Shown here: positions 1-9,359 of the stretch, in pieces | How the letters are laid out: every line of letters starts with the position of its first letter | How positions within the stretch are numbered: the first letter of the stretch is position 1 | NCBI GenBank assembly: GCA_036398455.1 | Contig: DASWPR010000507.1 | Span: 1 to 37,294, forward strand | DNA length: 37,294 bases | Reading direction: 5' to 3' | Source: Dokdonella sp. | GTDB taxonomy: Bacteria; Pseudomonadota; Gammaproteobacteria; Xanthomonadales; Rhodanobacteraceae | Notes under the pieces: model-generated | Told to the model about the DNA's origin: nothing | What the model saw: only the letters and a program-made list of their open reading frames with translations | Databases searched by the model: none | Made by a program: the position numbers and the translations under genes

Positions 1-281
<281 letters not shown>

Positions 282-307
282 CGAGGCGGACGCGTTGAAG
301 AGCTGAC

Positions 308-385
308 CGTCATCGCCGCGGAAGCGGGGGCCATTTTTCCGCTCGCAAGAGGGCACAATGGATTCCCGCCTTCGCGGGAATGACG
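308..385. repeat. CGTC-type REP-like inverted palindrome pair
   Basis: CGTCATCGCCGCGGAAGCGGGGGCCAT (from 308) and inverted partner ATGGATTCCCGCCTTCGCGGGAATGACG (358-385). Related copies at 28791-28818 and, degenerate, 20546-20565. Confidence 0.8.
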
Positions 386-417
386 ACTACTCCAGCTGGC
401 GCCTGTTTCCACCCCGA

Positions 418-1371
418 ATGGCCATCGCCCGCTCCGACACCGCCACACTGTTTGCCGAAGGGACGGTCAGCACGCTGCGGCTGATCGTCTATCTCGCCTG
501 CGCGGTCGTGCTGATGGTGCTGGATCATCGCGGCAGCTATCTGGAACTGCTGCGCCACACCGGCAGCGCCCTGGTCGAGCCGGTCTATCGGCTGGCCGCG
601 TTCCCGGCCGACGTCGCGCGCGCGACGCGCACCGCGGTCGCCACGCAGGACCAGCTCGCCAGCGAAAACCGTGACCTGCGCGAAGCCCTGCTGCTCGCGC
701 AGGCGCGCCTGAACCGGCTCGATACCGTGGTCGCGCAGAACGCGCGCCTGAAGGGCCTGCTCGATGCGCAGAAGAACCTGGGGCTGTCGGTGCAGTTCGC
801 GCGCCTGATCGACGTCGATCTCGATCCGTTCCGCCATCGCATCGTGCTCGATGTCGGCAGCAACCAGGAGGTCGCGGTCGGCCAGCCGGTGATCGATGCG
901 CATGGCGTGATGGGGCAGATCGTGGAAGTGCTGCCGAACACCGCGGTCGCGATGCTGATCACCGATCCGACGCACGCGATCCCGGTCGTGGTCGAACGCA
1001 GCGGCGTGCGCACCATCGCCTACGGCAGCCGCGCGATCGATGAACTGAATCTGCCGAACGTGCCGATCAGCGCCGACGTCAAGGTCGGCGACAAGCTGCT
1101 GACCTCGGGCCTGGGCGGGCGTTTCCCGGCGGGATTCCCGGTCGGCGAAATCATCCAGGTCAAACCGGATCAGACCGGCATGTTCGCCGCGGCCGTCGCG
1201 CGGCCCGCGGCGGCCCTGGATCGCAGCGGCGAGGTGCTGCTGCTGCACGATCAGCCGCAGCCTTACGGTCCGCCGCCCGCACTCGACGAAATGGGGCCGC
1301 CGGCCGACCTCGCCGGACCGATGCCCGCGCTGCCGGCGACCGCGGCGGCCGCAGCGGAGCCGTCGCGATGA
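418..1371 (+). CDS. mreC: Rod shape-determining protein MreC
   Basis: N-terminal TM, coiled coil (LASENRDLRE...NARLKGLL), GDKLLTSGLGGRFPAGFPVG motif. Start put at ATG 418 because the ORF-track start 358 lies inside the REP. Confidence 0.93.
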   Translation: MAIARSDTATLFAEGTVSTLRLIVYLACAVVLMVLDHRGSYLELLRHTGSALVEPVYRLAAFPADVARATRTAVATQDQLASENRDLREALLLAQARLNRLDTVVAQNARLKGLLDAQKNLGLSVQFARLIDVDLDPFRHRIVLDVGSNQEVAVGQPVIDAHGVMGQIVEVLPNTAVAMLITDPTHAIPVVVERSGVRTIAYGSRAIDELNLPNVPISADVKVGDKLLTSGLGGRFPAGFPVGEIIQVKPDQTGMFAAAVARPAAALDRSGEVLLLHDQPQPYGPPPALDEMGPPADLAGPMPALPATAAAAAEPSR

Positions 1372-1862
1372 ACCGCGTGCGCGCCCAGGGCTGGTTGTTC
1401 GCCGGCAGCCTCGCGGTCGCCTTCCTGTTGCAGCTGATGCCGCTGCCGCAACTGCTGCTGCCGGTCAAACCCTACTGGGTCGCGCTGGTATTGATCTACT
1501 GGGCGATCGAGCTGCCCGAGAAGATCGGCCTCGGCTTCGCCTTCCTGTTCGGCCTGGCGGGCGACGTGCTGACCGGCGAGCTGCTCGGCGAGCAGGCGCT
1601 GCGCCTGGTCGTGCTCGCCTTCATCGTGCTGCGCTTTCGCGCGCGCCTGCGCTTCTTCCCGATGTGGCAGCAGGCCCTGGCCGTGCTCGCGCTGCTGCTG
1701 AACGACCGCGTCGTGATGCTGATGGTGCGCGGTTTCTCCGGCGAAACGATACCGTCGGCCTCGTACTGGCTGGCGCCGCTGGTCGGCATGCTGATGTGGC
1801 CGTTCGTGTTCCTGCTGCTCGACGATCTGCGCACGCGCTTGCGCGGCAGCGAGCCGCGGTGA
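1368..1862 (+). CDS. mreD: Rod shape-determining protein MreD
   Basis: Hydrophobic 164 aa with KPYWVALVLIYW and GLAGDVLTGELLG; ATGA overlap with mreC. Confidence 0.95.
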   Translation: MNRVRAQGWLFAGSLAVAFLLQLMPLPQLLLPVKPYWVALVLIYWAIELPEKIGLGFAFLFGLAGDVLTGELLGEQALRLVVLAFIVLRFRARLRFFPMWQQALAVLALLLNDRVVMLMVRGFSGETIPSASYWLAPLVGMLMWPFVFLLLDDLRTRLRGSEPR

Positions 1863-1874
1863 AGCATTGCCGTC

Positions 1875-3785
1875 ATGGCTAGCGTATTCCGTCCGCTCAA
1901 GGAAACGCGTCACGAGGCGGCGCTGTTTCGGCGGCGCGCGCTGGCGGGCTTCCTGATCATCGTCGTCTGCCTGGTCGCGCTCAGCGTGCGTTTCCGCTAC
2001 CTGCAGATCGTGCAGCACGACGAGTTCGCGACGCGTTCGGAGCAGAACCGCGTGCTGACCCGGCCCCTGGCACCGGCGCGCGGCTTGATCTACGACCGCA
2101 ATGGCCTGCTGCTCGCCGAGAACGTGGCTGCGTTCCGGCTCGAAGTGACGCCGGAGCAGGCGGGCGAAATGCAGCGCATGATCGACGCGCTCGGCAAGGT
2201 CGTGCCGGTCAGCGACGACGACATCGCGCGTTTCAACACGCTGCGCCGGGGCAAGCGCTCGTACCAGGGCATTCCGCTGCGGCTGAAATTGTCCGAGGAG
2301 GAGATCGCCCGCTTCTCGATCAACCGCTGGCAGTTTCCCGGGGTCGACGTGGTGCCTTATCTGACGCGCGCGTACCCGCTCGGCGCGGAATTCGCGCATA
2401 CGGTCGGCTACGTCGGCCGCATCGACAACGACGACGTGGCGCGGCTCGACAAGGACGAGTACGCCGGCACCACGCATGTCGGCAAGACCGGCATCGAGCG
2501 CTACTACGAAGAGCGCCTGCACGGCGAGGTCGGCTACGAGAAGGTCGAGGTCAATGCCGATCATCGGCCGCTGCGCGTGCTGCCCGACGGCCTTGCGCCG
2601 AAACCCGGCGAGAACCTGCATCTGTCGATCGACGCGCATCTGCAGGAAGTGGCCGAGGCCGCGTTCGAGGGCCGCGCCGGCGCCGCGGTCGCGATCGATC
2701 CGCGCAGCGGCGAAGTGCTCGCGATGGTCAGCGTGCCGAGCTTCGATCCGAATCCGTTCGTCAACGGCATTGCCGGCGTCGACTACAAGGCGCTGCTCGA
2801 TGCCGAGGACAAGCCGCTGCTGAATCGCATCCTGCGCGGCGGCTATGTGCCGGGTTCGACGATGAAGCCGTTCGTCGGCCTCGGCGGCCTCGAACTCGGC
2901 TTGCGCAAGCCGAGCGACACGGTGCTGTCGACCGGCGAGTTCTTCATTCCCGGCCAGTCGCGCGCCTATCGCGACGACATCCGCGGCGGCAGCGGCCGCG
3001 TCGACCTGGTGCAGGCGATCGCGCAGTCGGTCAACACGTATTTCTATTCGCTCGCGCTCGACATGGGCATCGACCGCTTCAGCGGCTTCATGGACCGCTT
3101 TGGTTTCGGCAAGCCCACCGGCATCGACCTGGTCGGCGAGAGCGGCGGCGTGGTGCCCTCGAGAGACTGGAAGCGCGCCCACTTCAACCAGCCCTGGTAT
3201 CCCGGCGAAACGGTGATCGCCGGCATCGGCCAGGGCTACTGGGTCGTCACGCCGATCCAGCTCGCCAATGCGGTCGCGACGCTGGCGAACCGCGGCATTC
3301 CGCACGTGCCGCATCTGCTGCGCGCCGCGCAGAGCGGCATCGACGGCAAGGTCGAACTCGTCGACAAGGCGGCGCCGCTGCCGACGGTGATCAAGAAGCC
3401 GGACAACTGGCTGGCGATCGAGGAAGGCATGATCGCCGTGGTCGGCACCGGTACGGCGCACGGCATCAACGACAACTTTCCCTACGTGATCGCCGGCAAG
3501 ACCGGCACGGCCGAACGCTATTCGCGCACCGACGACACCTGGACCAGCATCAGCGCGAGTCCGATCGAGCGCCATCGCGTGCTGTTCGAATGCTTCACGC
3601 CGGCCGACGATGCGCGCATCGCGGTCGTGGTCGCGCTCGAGGCCGGCCGCAGCGGCGCGCATGACGCCGCGCCGATCGCGCGCAAGATCCTCGATGCGTG
3701 GCTGCCGGGCGATCGCGAACAGCAGGGCCGCCTGTCGGAGGCGCCTATGGGCGTGCCGTCGGCGAGCGCGCAGGCCGCGCGGTGA
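1875..3785 (+). CDS. mrdA: Penicillin-binding protein 2
   Basis: TM anchor, RGLIYDRNG, transpeptidase motifs STMK, SVN, KTG; between mreD and rodA. Confidence 0.96.
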   Translation: MASVFRPLKETRHEAALFRRRALAGFLIIVVCLVALSVRFRYLQIVQHDEFATRSEQNRVLTRPLAPARGLIYDRNGLLLAENVAAFRLEVTPEQAGEMQRMIDALGKVVPVSDDDIARFNTLRRGKRSYQGIPLRLKLSEEEIARFSINRWQFPGVDVVPYLTRAYPLGAEFAHTVGYVGRIDNDDVARLDKDEYAGTTHVGKTGIERYYEERLHGEVGYEKVEVNADHRPLRVLPDGLAPKPGENLHLSIDAHLQEVAEAAFEGRAGAAVAIDPRSGEVLAMVSVPSFDPNPFVNGIAGVDYKALLDAEDKPLLNRILRGGYVPGSTMKPFVGLGGLELGLRKPSDTVLSTGEFFIPGQSRAYRDDIRGGSGRVDLVQAIAQSVNTYFYSLALDMGIDRFSGFMDRFGFGKPTGIDLVGESGGVVPSRDWKRAHFNQPWYPGETVIAGIGQGYWVVTPIQLANAVATLANRGIPHVPHLLRAAQSGIDGKVELVDKAAPLPTVIKKPDNWLAIEEGMIAVVGTGTAHGINDNFPYVIAGKTGTAERYSRTDDTWTSISASPIERHRVLFECFTPADDARIAVVVALEAGRSGAHDAAPIARKILDAWLPGDREQQGRLSEAPMGVPSASAQAAR

Positions 3786-4900
3786 TCGACGAGGTCGTCG
3801 CCCAGCTGCGCTACCGTCTCGGCACGCTCTGGCGCAAGCCGCGCGTGGACCTGCCCCTGCTCGGCGGACTCGCGCTGCTGATGGGCGTCGGGCTGATGAC
3901 GCTGTACAGCGCCAGCGATCTCGATCGCAGCCAGGTGATTTCGCAGGCGCTGCGCTTCGTGCTCGGCCTGGTGCTGATGCTGGTGATCGCGCGGATTCCG
4001 CCGCTGGCGCTGCGCAACTGGACGCCGTGGCTGTACGCCGGCAGCGTGTTGCTGCTGCTCGCGGTCGCCGTGCTCGGCGAAGGGCGCGGCGCGCATCGCT
4101 GGCTGGATCTTCGCGTCGTGCGCTTCCAGCCGTCGGAACTGCTCAAGCTGACGATGCCGATGATGGTCGCCTGGTATCTCAATGGCCGGCCGCTGCCGCC
4201 GAGCTGGACGACGCTGGCGATCGTCGGCGTGCTGATCGCGATTCCGGCCGGCCTGATCGCCGAGCAGCCCGACCTCGGCACGGCGCTGCTGATCGCGGCG
4301 AGCGGCGCGTTCGGCGTATTCCTCTCGGGACTCGCCTGGTGGCGCATCGGCTTGCTGCTCGGCGCGTTCGCGGCGGCGGTGCCGGTCGGCTGGCATTTCC
4401 TGCACGACTACCAGCGCAATCGCGTACTCACCCTGCTCAATCCGGAAGCCGACCCGCTCGGCAACGGCTGGCACATCATCCAGTCGAAGATCGCCGTCGG
4501 TTCCGGCGGCCTGTGGGGCAAGGGCTGGCATCACGGCACGCAGTCGCGGCTGGAATTCCTGCCCGAGCACACGACCGATTTCATCTTTTCGGTATTCGCC
4601 GAGGAATGGGGCCTCGTCGGCGTGCTGCTGCTGCTGGTGCTGTACGTGTTCATCATCGCGCGCTGCCTGTGGATCGCGGCCGAGGCGAAAGATACCTACG
4701 CGCGCCTGCTCGCCGGCGCAATCAGCATGTCGCTGTTCGTCTACGTGATGGTCAACGGCGGCATGATCACCGGCATGCTGCCCGTGGTCGGCGTGCCGCT
4801 GCCGCTGGTCAGCTACGGCGGCACGTCGGCCGTGTCGCTGCTCGCCGGCTTCGGCGTGCTGATGTCGATCCACGCGCATCGCAAGGCGGTTGCCGGCTGA
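3782..4900 (+). CDS. rodA: Peptidoglycan glycosyltransferase RodA (SEDS family)
   Basis: FQPSELLK, EQPDLGT, LPEHTTDFIFSV, PLVSYGGTS motifs; GTG start at 3782 overlapping the mrdA stop. Confidence 0.95.
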   Translation: MIDEVVAQLRYRLGTLWRKPRVDLPLLGGLALLMGVGLMTLYSASDLDRSQVISQALRFVLGLVLMLVIARIPPLALRNWTPWLYAGSVLLLLAVAVLGEGRGAHRWLDLRVVRFQPSELLKLTMPMMVAWYLNGRPLPPSWTTLAIVGVLIAIPAGLIAEQPDLGTALLIAASGAFGVFLSGLAWWRIGLLLGAFAAAVPVGWHFLHDYQRNRVLTLLNPEADPLGNGWHIIQSKIAVGSGGLWGKGWHHGTQSRLEFLPEHTTDFIFSVFAEEWGLVGVLLLLVLYVFIIARCLWIAAEAKDTYARLLAGAISMSLFVYVMVNGGMITGMLPVVGVPLPLVSYGGTSAVSLLAGFGVLMSIHAHRKAVAG

Positions 4901-4918
4901 AGCCGTCCACGCGGCCGG

Positions 4919-4947
4919 CGGACGCGCGCGCCGCACGCGCACGTCCG
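4919..4947. terminator. GC-rich hairpin between convergent rodA and Roadblock genes (possible terminator or stabiliser)
   Basis: CGGACGCGCGCG-ccgca-CGCGCACGTCCG, 12-bp stem with one mismatch; no clear U-tract. Confidence 0.4.
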
Positions 4948-4973
4948 TGTGCAGCAAAATGCGCCGCTGCTCT

Positions 4974-5333
4974 TCAGAGCGACAGCGACTGCTCGACGTC
5001 GAGCGTCGAACGCCGCGCCAGCGCGAGATTCGAGCGCGCCTTGTCGAGCACGAGGTAGATGAACAGACCGGTCTTGGCCGCGATCGGGCGAATGATGTGG
5101 TATTGCCTGCCGAGGGTGATCAGGATGTCTTCGATGTTGTCGTTCAGGCCGAGCGTCTTCATGGTCTTCAGCTTGGCGCGCACGACTTCGGTATTGCCCG
5201 CCGCAGCGAGTTCGAGATCGACGCCGCTGCCGGCCTTGCCGAGCAGCATGCCGCTGTTGGCATCGACCAGCGCCGCGCACAGGGCGCCGTCGATTTCGAG
5301 CAGTTTGGCGAGACTATCGTTGAGATTGGCCAT
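4974..5333 (-). CDS. Roadblock/LC7-like protein
   Basis: 119 aa, IDGALCAALVDANSGMLLG...AAAGNTEVVRAK...IEDILITLGRQYHIIRP...NLALAR; RBS-like AGGGG upstream. Confidence 0.85.
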   Translation of the reverse strand: MANLNDSLAKLLEIDGALCAALVDANSGMLLGKAGSGVDLELAAAGNTEVVRAKLKTMKTLGLNDNIEDILITLGRQYHIIRPIAAKTGLFIYLVLDKARSNLALARRSTLDVEQSLSL

Positions 5334-5400
5334 GATGTTGCCCCTGTCGAGACATCCGTAGGAATCGCCGCCGGCGTTGTCTCGTCCGCCGCACGGCGCG

Positions 5401-5796
5401 TCATTCGTGAATCAGCCGGGCGAGGGCCTGGCAGCAATGCCGCGTCGCCCACAGCAGCTGCCCGAGCACCGCGGTGCGCCCGGCGACGACCGCGAGCGAC
5501 ATCGCCTGATCGTTGTCCACGCGCATGATCGTCACGGTGCCGTTCTTGCTTTCGATCGTCGTGCGTTCGAACTCATGCAGGCCCGCCTCGGCCGAGATCG
5601 CGCTGCCGAGCGCGGCGAGCGAGCTGCCGATCGCCGCGAGCCGGCTCGCGGCGGCGGTGTCGGCCGCGTGCGAGGCGATCTCGAAGCCGTCGGCGGAAAA
5701 CAGCACCGCCGATTGCACGCCGGTGACGGTGCCGAGGAGTTCCAGCTGCTTCTTGGCCAGGTCGCGCGAGGCGCGGCGCACGCGATTGGGACTCAT
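5401..5796 (-). CDS. Roadblock/LC7 (MglB-like) protein
   Basis: 131 aa, GVQSAVLFSADGFEIA...RLAAIGSSLAALG...LGQLLW; ATG at 5796 overlaps the GTPase stop. Confidence 0.85.
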   Translation of the reverse strand: MSPNRVRRASRDLAKKQLELLGTVTGVQSAVLFSADGFEIASHAADTAAASRLAAIGSSLAALGSAISAEAGLHEFERTTIESKNGTVTIMRVDNDQAMSLAVVAGRTAVLGQLLWATRHCCQALARLIHE

Positions 5797-6356
5797 GCCG
5801 CGGCTTCCGCGTTGGCCTGCGCTTCGAGGATGCAGGCGAGCGTGCGCACCAGCAGGAACACATCGCGCGACTGCCGGGCATCGATGGAGAAGACGGGAGC
5901 GGTGATTCCGCGTGCGCCGAGCCGCGCGGCGAACGCCTCGCTGCCGAGCGCGCCGGGCAGCGTGGTGCGGCCGAGTCCGATCACGAGTGCACCGGAAGGC
6001 ACCAGCGGCAGGAACGCATCGACGAACATGTCCATCTGCACGAGCGCTCCGGCCTGGGTCGCGTCGAGCAGCACGATGACGCCCGCCGCGCCGCGGCCGA
6101 GGATGTCCCACATGAAGCGGAAGCGCGCCTGCCCCGGCGTGCCGTACAGGTGCACGATCTGTCCGCTGGCGAGGGTGATGCGGCCGAAGTCGAGGCCCAC
6201 CGTGGTCGAAGCTTTCGTGTGGGCGATCAGATCGCTGTTGGCCACTTCGGTCGCCACCGGAGCGACTTCGCTGACCGCTGCGATGGCCGTCGTCTTGCCG
6301 GCGCCCATCGGGCCGGTGAAGACGATCTTGAACTCGCCGTCGTCGACCGTGCTCAT
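5793..6356 (-). CDS. Small Ras-like (MglA/conservon-type) GTP-binding protein
   Basis: 187 aa, P-loop GPMGAGKT, TTVGLDFG, LYGTPGQARFRFMW; ATGA overlaps on both sides. Confidence 0.9.
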   Translation of the reverse strand: MSTVDDGEFKIVFTGPMGAGKTTAIAAVSEVAPVATEVANSDLIAHTKASTTVGLDFGRITLASGQIVHLYGTPGQARFRFMWDILGRGAAGVIVLLDATQAGALVQMDMFVDAFLPLVPSGALVIGLGRTTLPGALGSEAFAARLGARGITAPVFSIDARQSRDVFLLVRTLACILEAQANAEAAA

Positions 6357-7282
6357 GCGACGCGCAACAGGTGGCGGCGCAGGTCGGCGACGAAGCGGGT
6401 CCAGGCGCCCCGCGCCGGCGTCGCGGCTTTCGGGTGCTCCAGCACCTCGGCGCGCGTGAACGATGTGAGCAGGCCGGCGAGCGACGCCGCGGCGAGGAAA
6501 CGATGCGCGTCGCCAGGCGTGCAGCCGGCGCGGTTGGCGAGCTCGGCGGGCAGGTGCGCGCGCGCGGAAGCCTCGGCGGCCAGTTCGATCAGATGAGGGA
6601 CCGCGCCGAGGCGGCCGAAGTCCGGCCACCGATGCACGCGGTAGGCCGCGTCGGGCCGCAGCCAGGGAGCGAGTTCGGCCGGTCCATGCGCGCCGACCCA
6701 CCAGGCGACATCGCGCAGCGCGCAGGCCTGTGCCGCCGCCGGCGGGCGCTCGGTCGCGGCGGAAAATGCGCCCAGCGTGACGCTGCCTTCGCGCAGTCCG
6801 CGCAGCGTCGCCGGCAACCCATGCGCCTGACCATCGCCGACCCATAGAAACGATCGATCTCCGGCATGCGCGATATGCCAGCCGCGATCGCCGGTCTGCG
6901 CCATCAGGTGGCGCAGCGATACCGCGCCGGCCCAGGCCGCGCCGTCGCTGGGTACCCGCGTCGAGCGCGAACGCAGGTGTTCGGCGATGCTGTCGAGCAG
7001 CGACAGCAGCTGCATGACGCGAAACGGATAGCGCAGGACGAACGGTGCCGGCGGCCAGCTGGCGCGATCGTCGATGACCAGGACGGCCGGCTTGCCGCTG
7101 GAGGTCCAGGCGCTGAGCGCGCCGGGATTGCTGTTCACATGGACGAGAAGTACGTCGGCGTGGTCGGCATCGCTGGTCTGCCACGAGGCGACCGAGCGTC
7201 CGCTGACGATCTTCAGCATCGAGTGGAATGCCAGCGAGGCGTCGATCGACAGCCCGATATCGCAGATCCTCAGCGTTTGCAT
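6353..7282 (-). CDS. Hypothetical protein, first gene of the GTPase/Roadblock operon
   Basis: 309 aa, RBS AAGGA; degenerate receiver-like N-terminus and helical C-terminus (WPDFGRL...AHRFLAAASLAGLL); coupled to the GTPase. Confidence 0.75.
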   Translation of the reverse strand: MQTLRICDIGLSIDASLAFHSMLKIVSGRSVASWQTSDADHADVLLVHVNSNPGALSAWTSSGKPAVLVIDDRASWPPAPFVLRYPFRVMQLLSLLDSIAEHLRSRSTRVPSDGAAWAGAVSLRHLMAQTGDRGWHIAHAGDRSFLWVGDGQAHGLPATLRGLREGSVTLGAFSAATERPPAAAQACALRDVAWWVGAHGPAELAPWLRPDAAYRVHRWPDFGRLGAVPHLIELAAEASARAHLPAELANRAGCTPGDAHRFLAAASLAGLLTSFTRAEVLEHPKAATPARGAWTRFVADLRRHLLRVA

Positions 7283-7401
7283 GTACGTCCTTCGTCGTGC
7301 CCACGAAATCGCGTCGCATCGTGCGCGGTACGACCTTGGTCGCCTGCGTCGCCACGGATTGCGCCGTGCCGTCGATCTTGGTCAGGCGAATGTCTAGAGG
7401 A

Positions 7402-7435
7402 CGTGAGGGAATGACCCAAATCGGCGTGAGGGAAT
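7402..7435. promoter_or_regulatory. Direct repeat upstream of the GTPase operon (putative operator)
   Basis: Exact CGTGAGGGAAT at 7402-7412 and 7425-7435. Confidence 0.4.
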
Positions 7436-7628
7436 TCAACAAACGCCGTTCAGTGCGCGGTGGACCCGGCGCCCGCATTCGACGAATCTGCGACGACGTT
7501 CACGGAACCGGTCGCGCGATTGCGAGCCGCGGACGACGGGTCGGTGCATTGCGGCCCGACGAAGTGGAGGGGAGGCAGCCTCGCAGATGCCGCCTCGCTG
7601 CGGCATCTGCGTTTCCGCGCGCGGCGCG

Positions 7629-8120
7629 CTACAGGCAGTCGATCAGCCCGTCGTAGATCGTCGTCTGCGTGCCCGGCAATGGCGCCTGCAACGGATGGCT
7701 GACGGCCAGCGCGGCCAGCAGCGCCGTCATCTTCGTGCGCGCAGCGAGCGGTGTCGGGCAGTTCCAGGTGCGGGCGTCGACGCTGATCGCGCCGCTGGCA
7801 GCATCGATTTCTTCGTAGCTGCCGGCGAACGTCCAGATGCAGCTGCCGATGCGCCCGCTGACCTGTTCGACCGAGCAGTGGAAGCTCAGCGGCTGCAGGT
7901 TGCTGTAGTCGCCTTCGCAGAAGGTATCGCCGCAGATGTCGTCGAAATCGCTGCGCAGGCCGGTGGTGAGTGCATACCAGTCTTCGTATTGCGCATCGCT
8001 GGTGAAGAACTCGTATTCCACGACGAAATGCGGTTGCGGGGTCGATGGCAGCGCGGCCTGCGCGCAAGGCACGCCGGCGAACAGGATGGCGGTGAACAGC
8101 AGCGGCGAACGCAGATGCAT
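7629..8120 (-). CDS. Secreted cysteine-rich hypothetical protein
   Basis: Strong RBS AGGAGGA before ATG 8120, signal peptide ending AQA, six Cys in the mature part (FDDICGDTFCEGDYSN...IYDGLIDCL). Confidence 0.8.
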   Translation of the reverse strand: MHLRSPLLFTAILFAGVPCAQAALPSTPQPHFVVEYEFFTSDAQYEDWYALTTGLRSDFDDICGDTFCEGDYSNLQPLSFHCSVEQVSGRIGSCIWTFAGSYEEIDAASGAISVDARTWNCPTPLAARTKMTALLAALAVSHPLQAPLPGTQTTIYDGLIDCL

Positions 8121-8330
8121 GGGATGTCCTCCTTGGACGAAAGCACGTGGACTCCCCGTCGTCGCGAGCCGGGTTGCGGACGGGGAGAGCACTCAGCTTG
8201 CGGCGTCGCCCATGCCGCGCCGAGCGGCGTTCGGTGCGTGCGCGCGTCGGTCGATGCCGCCGCTGCATGTCGGAAAATTCCGATGCGCGCGGACGAGCGC
8301 AATCCGCGCATGCGATGGTAAAGTAGCCGC

Positions 8331-9359
8331 GTGCTCGTTCCCGCCCGGTTTTTGCCTATCCGAATCCGTTCTTTCCTGATCTGTGCGCTGGCCGCCGGCA
8401 GTGCTTCGGCCGCGGCGAAGACTGCGCCGCCGTTGGCGGAGCCGGGCACCGATCAGCGTGCATTCGCCGCCGAAGTCGCGCGCGAGGGCGGTCCGTCCGA
8501 GGCGAGTGTGCTGGCGACGCTGGCCGAGGCGAAGGTCCAGCAGAGCATCCTCGATGCGATCGCGCGCCCTGCCGAGGCGACCAAGCCGTGGAAGGACTAT
8601 CGGCCGATCTTCATCACCGACAAGCGCGTCGACGACGGCGTGGCGTTCTATCGCGCCAACCGCGCGCTGCTCGAACGCATCGGCAGCGAGTACGGCGTGC
8701 CGCCGGAGGTGATCGTCGCGATCATCGGCGTCGAGACCGGCTACGGCAGGATCACCGGCAAATACCGCGTGATCGACGCATTGTCGACCCTCGCCTTCAA
8801 TTATCCGCCGCGCGCGAAATTCTTTCGCGGCGAGCTGAAGCAGCTGTTCCTGCTCAAGGACAAGCAGCTCGCCTATCCGATCGACGAACTCCGGGGTTCC
8901 TACGCCGGTGCGATGGGCTGGGGCCAGTTCATGCCGACCAGCATCGAGAAGTGGGCGAAGGACGAGGACGGCGACGGCCGCATCGACCTGTGGAATTCGC
9001 TGCCCGACATCACCGCCAGCGTCGCCAATTATTTCGCCGATCACGGCTGGCAGAAGGGTCAGCCGGTCGCGGTGCGCGCGCAGCCTGCCGGTGACGCGCG
9101 TGCGATCGCACCGGCGAATTCGGAGCCGGTCTATCCGCTGCAGCAGATGGAGGCCTGGGGCTACGCGCCGCTCGAGCGCGTCGAGGCGGCGACGCCTTCG
9201 ACCCTGCTCCAGCTCGATGGCGAGCGCGGGCCGGAATACTGGCTGACGTTCAAGAATTTCTACGTGATCACGCGCTACAACAAGAGCCCGCTGTATTCGA
9301 TGGCGGTCTGGCAGCTCGCCCAGGCGATCGCGGCGGGCGTAGCGACGCCGTCGTCGTGA
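8331..9359 (+). CDS. mltB: Lytic murein transglycosylase B
   Basis: IIGVETGYG, GSYAGAMGWGQFMP, DEDGDGRIDL, ITRYNKS motifs. Start uncertain. Confidence 0.93.
   Translation: MLVPARFLPIRIRSFLICALAAGSASAAAKTAPPLAEPGTDQRAFAAEVAREGGPSEASVLATLAEAKVQQSILDAIARPAEATKPWKDYRPIFITDKRVDDGVAFYRANRALLERIGSEYGVPPEVIVAIIGVETGYGRITGKYRVIDALSTLAFNYPPRAKFFRGELKQLFLLKDKQLAYPIDELRGSYAGAMGWGQFMPTSIEKWAKDEDGDGRIDLWNSLPDITASVANYFADHGWQKGQPVAVRAQPAGDARAIAPANSEPVYPLQQMEAWGYAPLERVEAATPSTLLQLDGERGPEYWLTFKNFYVITRYNKSPLYSMAVWQLAQAIAAGVATPSS

Noticed and set aside
358-417. MreC N-terminal extension MDSRLRGND
   Set aside because: It is the translation of the REP palindrome; ATG 418 is the more plausible start.
5793-7478. 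561-aa ORF suggesting a long GTPase fusion
   Set aside because: The upstream part is an Arg-rich off-frame overlap of the 309-aa gene; the GTPase starts at 6356 with an ATGA overlap.
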